In this document: piece after piece, positions 14,490 through 24,435 of the stretch | Layout of the letters: each line of letters opens with the position of its first letter | Numbering within the stretch: position 1 is the first letter of the stretch | NCBI GenBank assembly: GCA_048013815.1 | Contig: CM106586.1 | Location: 11,408,001 to 11,472,000 of the forward strand | Reading direction: 5' to 3' | DNA length: 64,000 bases | Source of the DNA: Setoptus koraiensis | Taxonomy: Eukaryota > Animalia > Arthropoda | Position numbers and translations under genes: made by a program | Notes under the pieces: generated by a model | The model's database searches: none | What the model was told of the DNA's origin: nothing | The model's input: only the letters and a program-made list of their open reading frames with translations

Positions 14490-14930
14490 CTATTATGCAA
14501 GATCAAATCATGATGTTCGCTTGGAGCTCCATCTACAAAATCTCGTCCACAAAATTTGCCTGTGAACCATGGATGCTGACGACCTTGTTACTAGCGCTAA
14601 AAGGACAAGCCAGATAGCACGCTATGTTTGTGCGGAATATTCTGTATGATGCTGGAAGCCAAGTTTTGTCCCATTGCGAATTGTCCTCGCCTGAAATGAA
14701 TTTGGCGAGTTTAGCATAATCTCGCAGAGAATTTCTGTATCATTGAAAATGTTCTCACCATCTCTTATAAGGAAAGGAATTTCATTGTTCCATTGCAGTT
14801 CGAAACTGGCAACGAAACGGACAACTTTTCAATGATTCGTATCTATTTTATTCGAGCTGCAAGTTCGGACAATCTTGTGCTGAAAGGTAGCACAATCGGA
14901 AGCGAGAATAGATCGAAACATCATGGATCC
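14490..14930 (-). pseudogene. Possible decayed coding remnant with several in-frame stops
   Basis: One frame reads ...CQFRTAMEQ*...W*EHFQ*YRNSLRDYAKLAKFISGEDNSQWDKTWLPASYRIFRTNIACYLACPF..., which has protein-like composition and only faint resemblance to the N-terminal part of the 16315-17820 orphan. Confidence 0.2.
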
Positions 14931-15084
14931 GCTACGGCCATAGAAACCATGTCGTCGAGGTGAGCTAACCTGAGATCACGCTACTCTGACATAGTTGTTG
15001 TTGGCAAACGCTTTCAGGTAGAGGCGCACAGGGACATTTTCTGAAACCAAGCAACCAAATCTCGACGAACTCAGTTTGATAATT

Positions 15085-15615
15085 TCACTCTTGTTGTCCA
15101 GGCCCGCCATCCTCTCCTGGCGCGGGCCGCCTTCCTTTGTAAGCACCATAGAGAACTGCAGCACCTAGGACTGCTGCTCCTATTCCTAGGTATGTCCACG
15201 CAGAACTTGACGATTGTTGTTGTTCTTCTTCTGTCTGGTCACAGACTGGAGATCTTGGCTCCCTTGGCACTCTCGGTTCCCTCGGATCCCTCGGATCTCT
15301 CGGATCGCGCGGCTCTCTCGGAAATCTTGGCGTGCGCGCCGGGTCTCTCGGATCTCTGGGGTCCCTTGGATCTCTGGGATCTCTGGGATCTCTGGGATCT
15401 CTGGGATCGCGCGCTTCTCTTGGTTCCCTGGGAAATCTCGGAGTTCGCGCTGGATCGCGTGGGTCCCTGGGATCTCTGGGATCTCGCGGGTCCCTCGGAT
15501 CGCGTGGCTCTCTTGGTTCTCTCGGATACCTGGGGTCCCTTGGATCTCTAGGTTCCCTGGGAGTCCTGGGTTCACGATAAAACTCGGACTCTTCAGAATC
15601 AGAATGGTACAACAT
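15085..15615 (-). CDS. Orphan 176-aa protein: more than 30 R-x-P tripeptides (mostly RDP/REP) followed by one C-terminal transmembrane helix
   Basis: ATG at 15615, stop at 15085-15087. A unique acidic N-terminus, then the repeat, then [21 protein letters not shown] followed by basic KGRR. The coherent TM segment plus basic flank favours this frame over the other open frames. Confidence 0.6.
   Translation of the reverse strand: MLYHSDSEESEFYREPRTPREPRDPRDPRYPREPREPRDPRDPRDPRDPRDPRDPARTPRFPREPREARDPRDPRDPRDPRDPRDPRDPRDPARTPRFPREPRDPRDPRDPREPRVPREPRSPVCDQTEEEQQQSSSSAWTYLGIGAAVLGAAVLYGAYKGRRPAPGEDGGPGQQE
15255..15575. repeat. 9-bp minisatellite (GATCCCAGA-type on the minus strand) with a duplicated higher-order block
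   Basis: Tandem TCTGGGATC / TCTCGGATC units are directly visible. The block encoding [16 protein letters not shown] occurs twice. Confidence 0.95.
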
Positions 15616-16314
15616 TATCCAAGCGGGCGTTCCAATGTAATTGGTCGCGTGCAGATATATACCCTATGTGTATGTTGCTGATTGAGGGCTGCACTTGATG
15701 ATGAATTTTTACTTTTTTGGAACAATTTCAACTAGTGTTACGTTTTCTCTTTTGTGAGATTTGAGTTAAATAGATTGGAGCCAATAACTATCCAATAGGT
15801 ATGCCAAATATTAATTGTTTGAATCAGTCATAGGGCAAAATGCAAACTGCAATTAACTCAATAAGCACTGCAATTAACTCATTCAGTGGATAAAAATTGT
15901 TGTCAACAACAGATATGAGTTTGTCTTTCTGAAAATAGATCATATTACAGCACCATCATCAACGCTTGCAGTTAATGTCAATGTAGTTAACAGGGGTGTG
16001 TTATCGCTAACTTATAACTTTGTAAGTGCTGAGTCAGACCTGAAATTTGACATAATATTGTCCCATCAAAGATATGTTGAGCTACGCGTGATCGTTGCCA
16101 TACCAGAAGCTGCTTACTGTGTACTTTTTATCAAATACATGTGATACTAAACAATTGTGGATGATATACTATCAAGTTGTTTATGATTCCTATGGTGCAA
16201 TAAACTCGTTGCAACTCACACTTATCACATCAACTCCCAGCTACTGGGAAAGACCGAAAACGAAGTGAATTCATTTGCACTGCATTTATTGTTAAAACGA
16301 ATTGTTATGTGCAA

Positions 16315-17820
16315 TCATTGGTTGACCTTCATTGGCACTTTTGGGTGCCCTCTAGCTCTTGAAATTGGGCCCTTTAAATCCAAGAACAATAGCAATGCCA
16401 CAACGGCCACGCAACCTATCATGATTAGTGCAGCTTCCCATGTTGGCACGTGGTGTCCAAAAAGCACAAAATGAAAATGAGAACCTGACGCTGCATGATG
16501 GGCATGAGAGCCAAATTGAACTTCTCCTTCGGATGTTCCAAAATCTCTCTCCATTGATCGCTTGAAAGACTCGCCAGAATATCTCAATTGAAGAAATTTT
16601 GCTGACATCGCTTCATTTTTTCCAAAACTTTTCGCTAGCCAACCCGCGAAGCCTGCCTTGAACGTGTAACATTTTAGATTCTCACTGAACTCTTCAAATG
16701 TGTCCCTCACTGCAGAAAATCTATGCCACTCTGTCTCAACTGGCTCACATCCGGATCTTATCTCATTGTCATGTGTGATGGACCTGGAACGGGTCTCGTG
16801 ACATTCTTCACGCTCGCCAATATGTAAAGTCAGCATTTTCTCACCCTCCTCTGGCTTCACCGGAACCTCTTGTTGTGTATCCAGATGAACTTTGATAATG
16901 AGCAAACCCTGACAATGTTGTACCAATTTTGTCCATCTCTTCACTTGTTCATTGTCTCTCAATTTTGCATCAATAGACTCGTCATTGTCTGCCATATAGC
17001 CCTTCCATGCCAGTCTTACCACCGGATATATAGAACTGCGCGCGTATGATTCTATTAATCGGCATGCCTTTCTGGCCCGAATGTAATCCTGGAATAAATC
17101 ATCATTATCGCATGTGACCCCGATAGATATTTGAGTGTCTCTGCGCAATTTAAACAAATCGTTTATAACAAGGCTCTCCAAATGATTCGAGTTGCGCGGT
17201 GAAGCCAGCTTGACGGCTACTGACACCAAATCGAATAATGCTGGCTGTCGCTGATTGTCAGTTGACTTTGCTTCATTTATACTTTCAATATTTTCCACTT
17301 TCTCCTCTATCAATCTTAGACTTTCAGCTAATTCCTTGTTTTCGTTTTCTGCTAAAAGTAATTTTTTCACTAGCGACTCTTTGCAAGTCAGAACAACTTG
17401 GCCAGCGAATGTTCTGAAAAACGGAAGTAGCCTATTTTCTTTTTTTATCTTAAATATCTTAGAATAAACAACATGCTCTCTCAGTTGATGGTCAAACTCT
17501 ATCAATTGATCAATAAAATCTGGCTCACAAACCGAGTGGACAGATTTTATTTGGTCTACAATTCTGTTGAGTGCCCGGATGTCGGCCAACCCCTCTGAGC
17601 TTCTCAAACACCTGTTGACGTCTTCTTCGAATAGTCTACCATGTTCCCAAAATGTTTGCTTCACCAATGTACGGAATGCCTCTACCGTTTCAATATGTTT
17701 GACAGCATTTTTACAATCTTTGAGAGCGGTTGAAGAACTACTATTTGCGCCAGAATATGACACTAGATCTAAACAGACTACACTGAACAGAACTAGCAAT
17801 ATCGACAAATGAGATTGCAT
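16315..17820 (-). CDS. Orphan ~500-aa predicted type-I membrane / secreted protein, intronless
   Basis: Long, high-complexity ORF in AT-rich DNA. The first ATG (17820) is followed by signal-peptide-like MQSHLSILLVLFSVVCLDLVSYSGA; C-terminal TM WEAALIMIGCVAVVALLLFLDL then a short basic tail. No family recognised. Confidence 0.75.
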   Translation of the reverse strand: MQSHLSILLVLFSVVCLDLVSYSGANSSSSTALKDCKNAVKHIETVEAFRTLVKQTFWEHGRLFEEDVNRCLRSSEGLADIRALNRIVDQIKSVHSVCEPDFIDQLIEFDHQLREHVVYSKIFKIKKENRLLPFFRTFAGQVVLTCKESLVKKLLLAENENKELAESLRLIEEKVENIESINEAKSTDNQRQPALFDLVSVAVKLASPRNSNHLESLVINDLFKLRRDTQISIGVTCDNDDLFQDYIRARKACRLIESYARSSIYPVVRLAWKGYMADNDESIDAKLRDNEQVKRWTKLVQHCQGLLIIKVHLDTQQEVPVKPEEGEKMLTLHIGEREECHETRSRSITHDNEIRSGCEPVETEWHRFSAVRDTFEEFSENLKCYTFKAGFAGWLAKSFGKNEAMSAKFLQLRYSGESFKRSMERDFGTSEGEVQFGSHAHHAASGSHFHFVLFGHHVPTWEAALIMIGCVAVVALLLFLDLKGPISRARGHPKVPMKVNQ

Positions 17821-18059
17821 ATTTTTTGACTTATTTCTCCAAACTTTCGGTCCTAGAATATTCCACAACACGTATGTCGGTTAGCTGAATCGATACTTTG
17901 CACTTGTCGAAAATTCTACCCACCGAGTCTAAACATTTCGATGGAATGTGCTATAAAAACTTATCAATAACTAGTTATTTATAGAACAAGATTCACAAAA
18001 AAGCCATGCACAATCTGTTGGAACTCATTGTGTGCCTGAGGCACTTATTAGGTTGACTC

Positions 18060-18400
18060 TATTTGCTCTTGTAATCTGGATAGCGCCGAGAAAATTGAAA
18101 GAAATGTCAACATCTTCCGCTAAACTAGAAGAACAAATTCCTGAGTATGGTCGACAATAGACAGATTTATTAAATATCAGCAACTCGACGCATGAATGTT
18201 GCGATAGATGTTTTGTTCATTTGGTTTATCTACACATTTATCTGCTGAAGATACTCTACGTCGATCGTTACAGAATCGATACGGATTGCTAATAGTAAAT
18301 GTTGGTTCGGGGAATTGAGCAGAAGTAGATGGCTCAGAAGTTGACGGAATCATTACGAAGCGGTTCAAATCTCCTGTTCATGTTTTCGAAAATCTTACTC
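18060..18400 (+). pseudogene. Possible older, stop-riddled paralogue remnant of the 16315-17820 orphan
   Basis: The frame reads NIFR*TRRTNS*VWSTIDRFIKYQQL...RYGLLIVNVGSGN*AEV, versus DLFKLRRDTQISIGVTCDNDDLFQDY...CQGLLIIKVHLDTQQEV in the intact gene. Eye alignment only. Confidence 0.25.
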
Positions 18401-18410
18401 GATCTTTTGT

Positions 18411-20236
18411 CTATTTCATACGCTGACTTAGTAGATTTAGTATTGGTATATTCATCTGAACATCAATATCCTCGGCTAGGATGTAGTCTAAGTGATTCCA
18501 GTTGGGTATCACCGAGTACACAATGGGTGGAACTGAATTCGATAATTGATGCATGGTAATGAAAAAGATGGAACTTGATTAGTCTGGTTGTACCTGTCAA
18601 GAGAGGCTGAGGGGTTTTATTGTTAGATGATTATGCAATACTTTACATTGAAGCGAGTTGATCCAAACTGAATTATCCTCCGGCGAGGACAGAATGTCTT
18701 TCGAACCAACATATACCGCAATACCGTCAAGCTCTATGGCCGACGTGTTGTAAATAGCCGGCTTGGGCTAAATGATGGTAAGTATATAGAGAGAAGGAGA
18801 AGGATGAGTAGAAGCCAATAATTCCAACGCAGCCAACACAATCATGATTATGGTATACTTACTGATCCAAAAAGCTGTATGTTGCCTGCTATTCCATGGT
18901 CAAAGAATGACATGCGATCCTCAAATTGGTTTTGAAGAAAATGAAGGAGGCCCCTGAAACTCGTCGGGAATCTCAAAAGACGACCCAAAAATAGTAAGCC
19001 CTGCGAATTGTATTTGCATTTTGAAAAAGATCGTTGTTAGTGACAACTGATTGCTCTCAGGTCAAAGTGAATGGATAAACTAAAGAATGCTTTGAACGAT
19101 ACTGACATCGTAAGCTTTGAGTCCGTTGAAACCAAATACCAAATTGAAACCTATTCTTATCAACAACAAAACAAGATCTGGCTTTATCATGTATATTGCC
19201 AGTACTATCTTGGTAAGTACTCTGCCAAGTTTTGGTGGAACAAATGGGAAATCGTCGAAAATGTCAGGTATATTTTTGAGGATGGCACCGATTGGTCTCA
19301 GCAGTCCACCGTCGTGTCTCAAGGTAGTTATTGGTGCTATGCACAAGAAAGTGTGTATCTTTTTAGCAAAGCTCGGATCAATAGCCAATTTGGCTATCAT
19401 TGTGAACGTTGATTGGGAATATCCAGCAAAAACAACCTTGCTTTTGCCAGTTAAATTTCTCACCGCGTCCACCATACATGGTATGTCATATTTGGCCTGT
19501 TCATCTAGAGAGAAGCGCCAAAACTGTGAATCTTTTGTTGAATACTTGGTGTGTAGCTTCAGTTGAGGCTTCGAGTTGGCCAAGCTGCCTCTGCTGGTGG
19601 GCAGCCAAACATCGAAACCATTGTTGGCCAACAGTATCGCCAGATTACGAGCGCTTGATTTTTGTTTCGTGTCGGACGATTGGCGGGGCCACTTGAGTGC
19701 TCTAGATTCATTGATCGATTGACAAACAAAATTGTACGAGGCTTGAATGTGACCGTGGCTCAACAAAACAGGAATCTCTCTCAGCTTGGATCTGTTGGCC
19801 AACGGATTGATTACATGTATCAACTCTATGGTATAGCCATCTTCCGTTACAAAATAATGTGTCTTGTATCTGAAGCCGGTCTTCTTCAAGATGGCCTCCT
19901 GAGCATTTTTGTGTTTTGCATTGAATTAGATAAGTCGTAGGGGAGAAAATGGACTCGTGTTGTCGATGTCAATGTTGTTGTGTCATATGTATCGTGGTAT
20001 ATGAGTAATGATTGCGCTCAAGCGAAGGGACTTTTCGAAAGACTTACTGTAGGCGCAAAGTTATAACCAAACTCTCCATAATCTTTATAGTTCACATCCT
20101 CATCGCCCAATGAGAATAGTCGCACAAGTAGGCTGTCTTCAGTTGCGCTGGGAACCAGTTGATGTTCCGCTAGCCTGCTTAAAGAGACCACTAATAATAC
20201 TGCAGACAACGACTTGAAAAATATTGATTTTTGCAT
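18411..20236 (-). CDS. Acid lipase family protein (lysosomal/gastric/lipase 1-3-like alpha-beta hydrolase); 5 exons (20236-20048, 19898-19107, 19000-18863, 18767-18647, 18532-18411)
   Basis: Signal peptide MQKSIFFKSLSAVLLVVSLS; VTEDGYTIEL; VLLSHG; LANNGFDVWL; FWRFSLDEQAKYDIP; elbow GYSQS; hand-translated downstream exons PTSFRGLLHFLQ...FDHG, PAIYNTSAI...VGSKDILSSPED (catalytic Asp) and IPNWNHLDYIL (catalytic His). The last junction is the least certain. Confidence 0.88.
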
Positions 20237-20583
20237 CGTGCTATCTCGCCAATGTTTAACGATGATCCTCCTAAGATCTAGATTTAACGGATTTTGTCTG
20301 CAGGAACACAAGATGGCTTCACTCAATGAATTTCAGAGGCCAAATAGAATAGCGACGATTTTATTGGCCAATGGCCTATTTTACATGGTCTTTGTCACAA
20401 AATTGCCATCCTTAATTGATCCGACAGACGGTGGTACGACTTTCACCACCTCCAGTGTCTTAACATAGTTAATCTTTTGAACAACTGTAACATCTGCAAA
20501 ATCAATGTAGGTGCAACTCTACTGAACAGAGGTGTCTCGCTGAATGATATCGGTCTTGCCCGTAACGCTAGTCACAAAGTACA

Positions 20584-21128
20584 ATGCTCGAGAATTTTTC
20601 GTTATCACTAGCGATTTGTGTTGTTGCTTCTTTCAAATTTTTCGAGCACAATCTGGATAACAAAAACAAATGCAACGTAGCTCTGACAGTTCAAAATCAC
20701 GCTCTGAATGAGGTATCCCATGAAGTGAATCAAATGTGTGTAAATCAAAGCAATTCAGGCACACAGCGGTTTCTCGAATCATTTGGAGACTTATGTCATG
20801 AATGATTTGTTCGAATCAAACAAAGAAACTGAAATATTCACCGGGGCGCATGCGACAATGATGATTTATTACACGATTACATTCGGGCCAGAGAGGCGTG
20901 TCGATTAATCGAATCATACGCGCGCAGTTCTATATATCCGGTGGTAAGACTGGCATGGAAGGGCTATATGGCAGACAATGACGAGCCTATTGATGCGAAA
21001 TTGAGACAACGAACAAGTGGAGAGATGGACAAAATTGGTGCAACATTGCCAGCGTCATTATCAAGCTAGCTTCCGGTGAAGCCAGAGAAGGACGAGAAAA
21101 TGCCGACTCAAAATATTGATGAGCGTGA
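20584..21128 (+). pseudogene. Frameshifted, truncated inverted copy of the 16315-17820 orphan gene
   Basis: 20773-21128 aligns to the reverse complement of 16808-17191 (SNHLETYVMNDLF vs SNHLESLVINDLF; DYIRAREACRLIESYARSSIYPVVRLAWKGYMADNDEPIDAKLR almost identical), with several frame-disrupting deletions. 20584-20770 is included only tentatively. Confidence 0.85.
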
Positions 21129-21158
21129 TCTATGCAATATAGTGGAAAAGAAAAACTT

Positions 21159-21701
21159 TTATGTTAGGGTATCTTCATTTCTAAGGTATTCTCCTACGTC
21201 GGCCTGATGAAAACAAACAATACTCAGTGGATCCGATGTTTGACATTCTAGAGTGGATTTTGCGGTCGCTCCGAAACCTATTGGTGTGTCATTCAATGAG
21301 TATACCACCACTCCTTGGTATTTAGGCGTATTTTCTGTGATTCTCGCCAGTCCAGATTTCAAAGCATGATTACCATACATAAACTGCAACTCTGCTTGTG
21401 GTTTGAGCCAGATTTTGTGCTTGGCATATGGGGCCAGATAATTGAGTGCAGTTATGTGTAACCTGAAGGACTTTGATTTTGTGAATTTGCCCATGCATGT
21501 GCCAAAACTAATTAACTCATCTCTTGATATGCTAGCAGCAAGCTTAACGATGGTCTCATTACAGTAGAAGACTCTATCTCTGTGATACATGAAACAGTAT
21601 TTTCCATCCGTGCGTTCCAATAATAATTTGATGCTATCACCAATATATTTGGATATTTTCTCATGGACTGCCTTGGTTTCGTCTGGCTTGAGTTCTCTCA
21701 T
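21159..21701 (-). CDS. NIP7: 60S ribosome subunit biogenesis protein NIP7
   Basis: [21 protein letters not shown]...RDRVFYC...[37 protein letters not shown]...[27 protein letters not shown]...[15 protein letters not shown]; 180 aa, intronless. Confidence 0.97.
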   Translation of the reverse strand: MRELKPDETKAVHEKISKYIGDSIKLLLERTDGKYCFMYHRDRVFYCNETIVKLAASISRDELISFGTCMGKFTKSKSFRLHITALNYLAPYAKHKIWLKPQAELQFMYGNHALKSGLARITENTPKYQGVVVYSLNDTPIGFGATAKSTLECQTSDPLSIVCFHQADVGEYLRNEDTLT

Positions 21702-21875
21702 GATTAGGTTATAATTTATTTTTGATTTTAATGAAATCTAGTGGAATAATAATATGGCGTGTTCATGTGGAGTCGACTTTTCCAGAGAGCCAATTCTTTA
21801 AAAATACTAATCTACACGTGCTTCAGCAGAGCACTAAAGCCGGGAGATTTAAACATACAAAACAAGAAATTGGGC

Positions 21876-21880
21876 AAAAA
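21876..21880 (-). terminator. Pol III oligo-T terminator of the tRNA
   Basis: TTTTT on the minus strand 6 nt after the tRNA 3' end. Confidence 0.65.
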
Positions 21881-21886
21881 GTAATG

Positions 21887-21959
21887 CGCCCGAGCAGGGG
21901 CTCGAACCCTGGACCCTTAGGTTAAAAGCCTAATGCTCTACCGACTGAGCTACCCGGGC
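21887..21959 (-). tRNA. trnK-UUU: tRNA-Lys, anticodon UUU
   Basis: The reverse complement GCCCGGG TA GCTC AGTCGGTA GAGC A TTAGG CTTTTAA CCTAA GGGTC CAGGG TTCGAGC CCCTG CTCGGGC G folds into a complete 73-nt cloverleaf. Confidence 0.98.
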
Positions 21960-22229
21960 TTGCTTATACTCTTTATGATCACATTGCCATATGATTAGTG
22001 TGACTAGTGTGATGCCTGTGCCTGTGGCTTTGTCCTCTTCTTCCATGTGACTTGTTTTTGATAATATCATCACATTCCAACGTGCGCGATTGCATTCGTG
22101 TTGCCATTACACATTCATCTTTGTGGTAATCCTCATACTGCTGGATATATTCTACCTTACTCCTCTTCAATAAGAAATATTGAGCAGCCTTAAACAATCG
22201 ATCATATATCGTTTCATTGAAGCATAAAG

Positions 22230-23624
22230 ATGAGCTCGAACAAGAAATTCCCCAAGAAGAAAGTGGTCAAATTTCGATTGGTATCCAGAAGTCAAAAGGA
22301 TCCACTGGCGGCCGACGACGACGCACCACAAAATGTTCTAGTGCCGACAGAGGGAGACGAAGATGTCATACGAAGCCTCAATCTTGCTCCCGATGTTTTC
22401 CCCTCTGAACGAGAAGAAAAGATCGGTATGCTTGAACGAGCTCACAATGCCGACGGTCTAACGTTAGACGAGGATATTGTGGCCGCTATGGGGCCAGATT
22501 TCAAGTACGATCTGGAGGAGAATATAATAGATGATGATTTCTTTCAGCAAGCTGGAGGTTTAATTGAGGGAGAAGACGATGGAGAGTTAGTTGGTGATGA
22601 GCTCAGCGAACTGAGCAAACAACTCTTGGAAAGTGAAGCTGAGATTATACAGTTTGGCCCATCACGTGGCAAACACAGCAGCCGGCCCAACATAGATGAT
22701 GATGGCGAAGAGGATGATGATGACGACGATGAGGACGATTACGATTCTGATGACTATAATGTAGATGTTGATGACGGCAACTCCTCTCCAGATTGGATGG
22801 ATGATGCACCGGATAATTGTGATGATCTGGGTCGCAGACTGATTTCATTCAAGCAAGGCCAGCAAAATAATAAGAAGCGCAACTCAGATGATACAAAATC
22901 AGTATTTACTGAGTACTCGATGACATCATCTATCCTGCGAGTGAACAACGAGGGACTTCAAAAGGTTGATGATCATTTTGAGAAGTTATATGAGCGTGTC
23001 TATGCTAACGACTCGGAAATAGGCCCCGGCGAATCGGATGTGCAAGTTGGCTTTCGTTTAAAGGATCCAAAAGAGATCAAGAGCCTAATAAATGAAGTCA
23101 AAAGAGTTAGAAAGAAAAATCATGGCGATGATTATAAACCTGAAATCGTTTCTGATCATCACAAACTTGCAATCATTGGAGAGGACGTCGATGAAGAAGA
23201 GGATTTAGTGGAGACCGAGATACGTCAGAGAGAAAACAGAGTAGATTGTGAGTCTATTTTGTCTTATAATTCCACACTATTTAACCACCCTAGATTGATT
23301 GTTGAACCAAAAAGGAGAAAAAGGAAAGATTGTGCTTCCATCTCTAGCACAGATCAAGATATGAAATCGGTGGAGGACGACGATGACGTGCAATCCAAAA
23401 CTGATCGACAATCTGTTGCTTCATCCCGCTTATCAATATTATCAAAATTATCTGTTAGACCCACTAATGAGACCAACGAAGAGAAGAGGTCTCGTAAGAA
23501 GGCACTTAAACAATTTAGACACGAAAGAAGACAGGAAAGGAAGGCCAACCAGAAAATATTCAAATTAGAGGAGAAGAATGTTTTAAATCAGCAATTCAAA
23601 GTACCAGCAATGCGACTCGCATGA
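22230..23624 (+). CDS. LTV1: Protein LTV1 homolog (40S biogenesis)
   Basis: KFRLVSRSQKDPLAADDDAPQNVLVP, SVFTEYSMTSSILR, VDCESILSYNSTLFNHPRLI and a C-terminal basic ETNEEKRSRKKALKQFRHERRQERKAN match LTV1. Confidence 0.92.
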   Translation: MSSNKKFPKKKVVKFRLVSRSQKDPLAADDDAPQNVLVPTEGDEDVIRSLNLAPDVFPSEREEKIGMLERAHNADGLTLDEDIVAAMGPDFKYDLEENIIDDDFFQQAGGLIEGEDDGELVGDELSELSKQLLESEAEIIQFGPSRGKHSSRPNIDDDGEEDDDDDDEDDYDSDDYNVDVDDGNSSPDWMDDAPDNCDDLGRRLISFKQGQQNNKKRNSDDTKSVFTEYSMTSSILRVNNEGLQKVDDHFEKLYERVYANDSEIGPGESDVQVGFRLKDPKEIKSLINEVKRVRKKNHGDDYKPEIVSDHHKLAIIGEDVDEEEDLVETEIRQRENRVDCESILSYNSTLFNHPRLIVEPKRRKRKDCASISSTDQDMKSVEDDDDVQSKTDRQSVASSRLSILSKLSVRPTNETNEEKRSRKKALKQFRHERRQERKANQKIFKLEEKNVLNQQFKVPAMRLA

Positions 23625-23687
23625 TGCAATGTAAGAATGACGGCAGCAGCTTATATTATCATTGGTTCGCATAAATAGTTATCTAAA

Positions 23688-24229
23688 TTAAACAATAGAT
23701 CTTGCATCCTGATTGTTGACTGATTCTCCGTTGGCAGTGGCGATGGCAGCAGTTTGTTGAGCTGTGATTCTCTCTTGACGTTTAGCCACAAGTTTGAACT
23801 TGTGATCGAGCAAGGCTATGCTCCTGGCGCACATTACATCACAGAATTGAGCAATTGTGAGATCACCCTCCTCTTTGGCCAGTTGGGCAAACAAGCAATT
23901 GGGCGACAACTCACGGTGGCGCGTCTTGGGGTCCTCGTCCTTTTCCCAACCTCCGATTTTGACAAAACAACAGAAGCAAGCGACGAAGTCTTCCTTCCTA
24001 AGATAATGAAAGCCCGCTCGAGCCATCTGTTGATGGATATGAGATTTCAAAGATGGCATCAGTATTAGGAAGGATATAGGAGGGCAAAGTTTGTTTAGTT
24101 GTTTATACTTACGCTTTCGGCGCTCAGGCTTCCATCTCTATGGGGCCAGTCGCCGTCAAACGAGCTGAGTCGCACATCCTCGAGACAGTGACCGTTAGTT
24201 TCTGTGATGTTCAGTATGGAAGAAGACAT
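23688..24229 (-). CDS. BIRC5: Survivin / Deterin-like single-BIR protein; 2 exons (24229-24113, 24026-23688)
   Basis: Exon 1 ends RLSSFDGDWP...LSAES. An 86-nt GTAAGT...CAG intron leads to MARAGFHY...VACFCCFVKIGGWEKDEDPKTRHRELSPNC (BIR C-C-H-C zinc ligands) and a C-terminal helix. No RING. Confidence 0.88.
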
Positions 24230-24420
24230 GGCTGTTACGTGATCAAATAATATGAATAACAGTAAGTAATATGAATGAGTAGTGTAATATATAATTAAAA
24301 TAAAATTGCAAGACACAAATGGGCTTTGGCTGGTACGTGTGATTCTCCTTCTGAAAGAACGTGTTGATATCAACTGAACACGAGCGAATCATTTTCGCTC
24401 AGCGAGATTCGCTGCTCTGC

Positions 24421-24435
24421 TTCAAATACGGCGCC
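24421..24435 (-). promoter_or_regulatory. Candidate CDE/CHR cell-cycle element upstream of survivin
   Basis: The minus strand reads GGCGC-CGTA-TTTGAA: a GC-rich CDE-like pentamer, a 4-nt spacer and a perfect CHR hexamer, about 190 nt upstream of the ATG. Confidence 0.5.

Noticed and set aside
15186-15681. Alternative-frame ORFs over the 9-bp repeat (IPE, SLG and LWD repeats)
   Set aside because: The repeat is stop-free in all frames. Only 15085-15615 (-) has an ATG, sensible unique flanks and a TM helix with a basic flank.
15878-16143. 88-codon ATG-less plus-strand frame, and a stop-interrupted minus-strand frame at about 20330-20580 with slight mutual similarity
   Set aside because: The similarity is limited to a few short words and I cannot distinguish it from chance.
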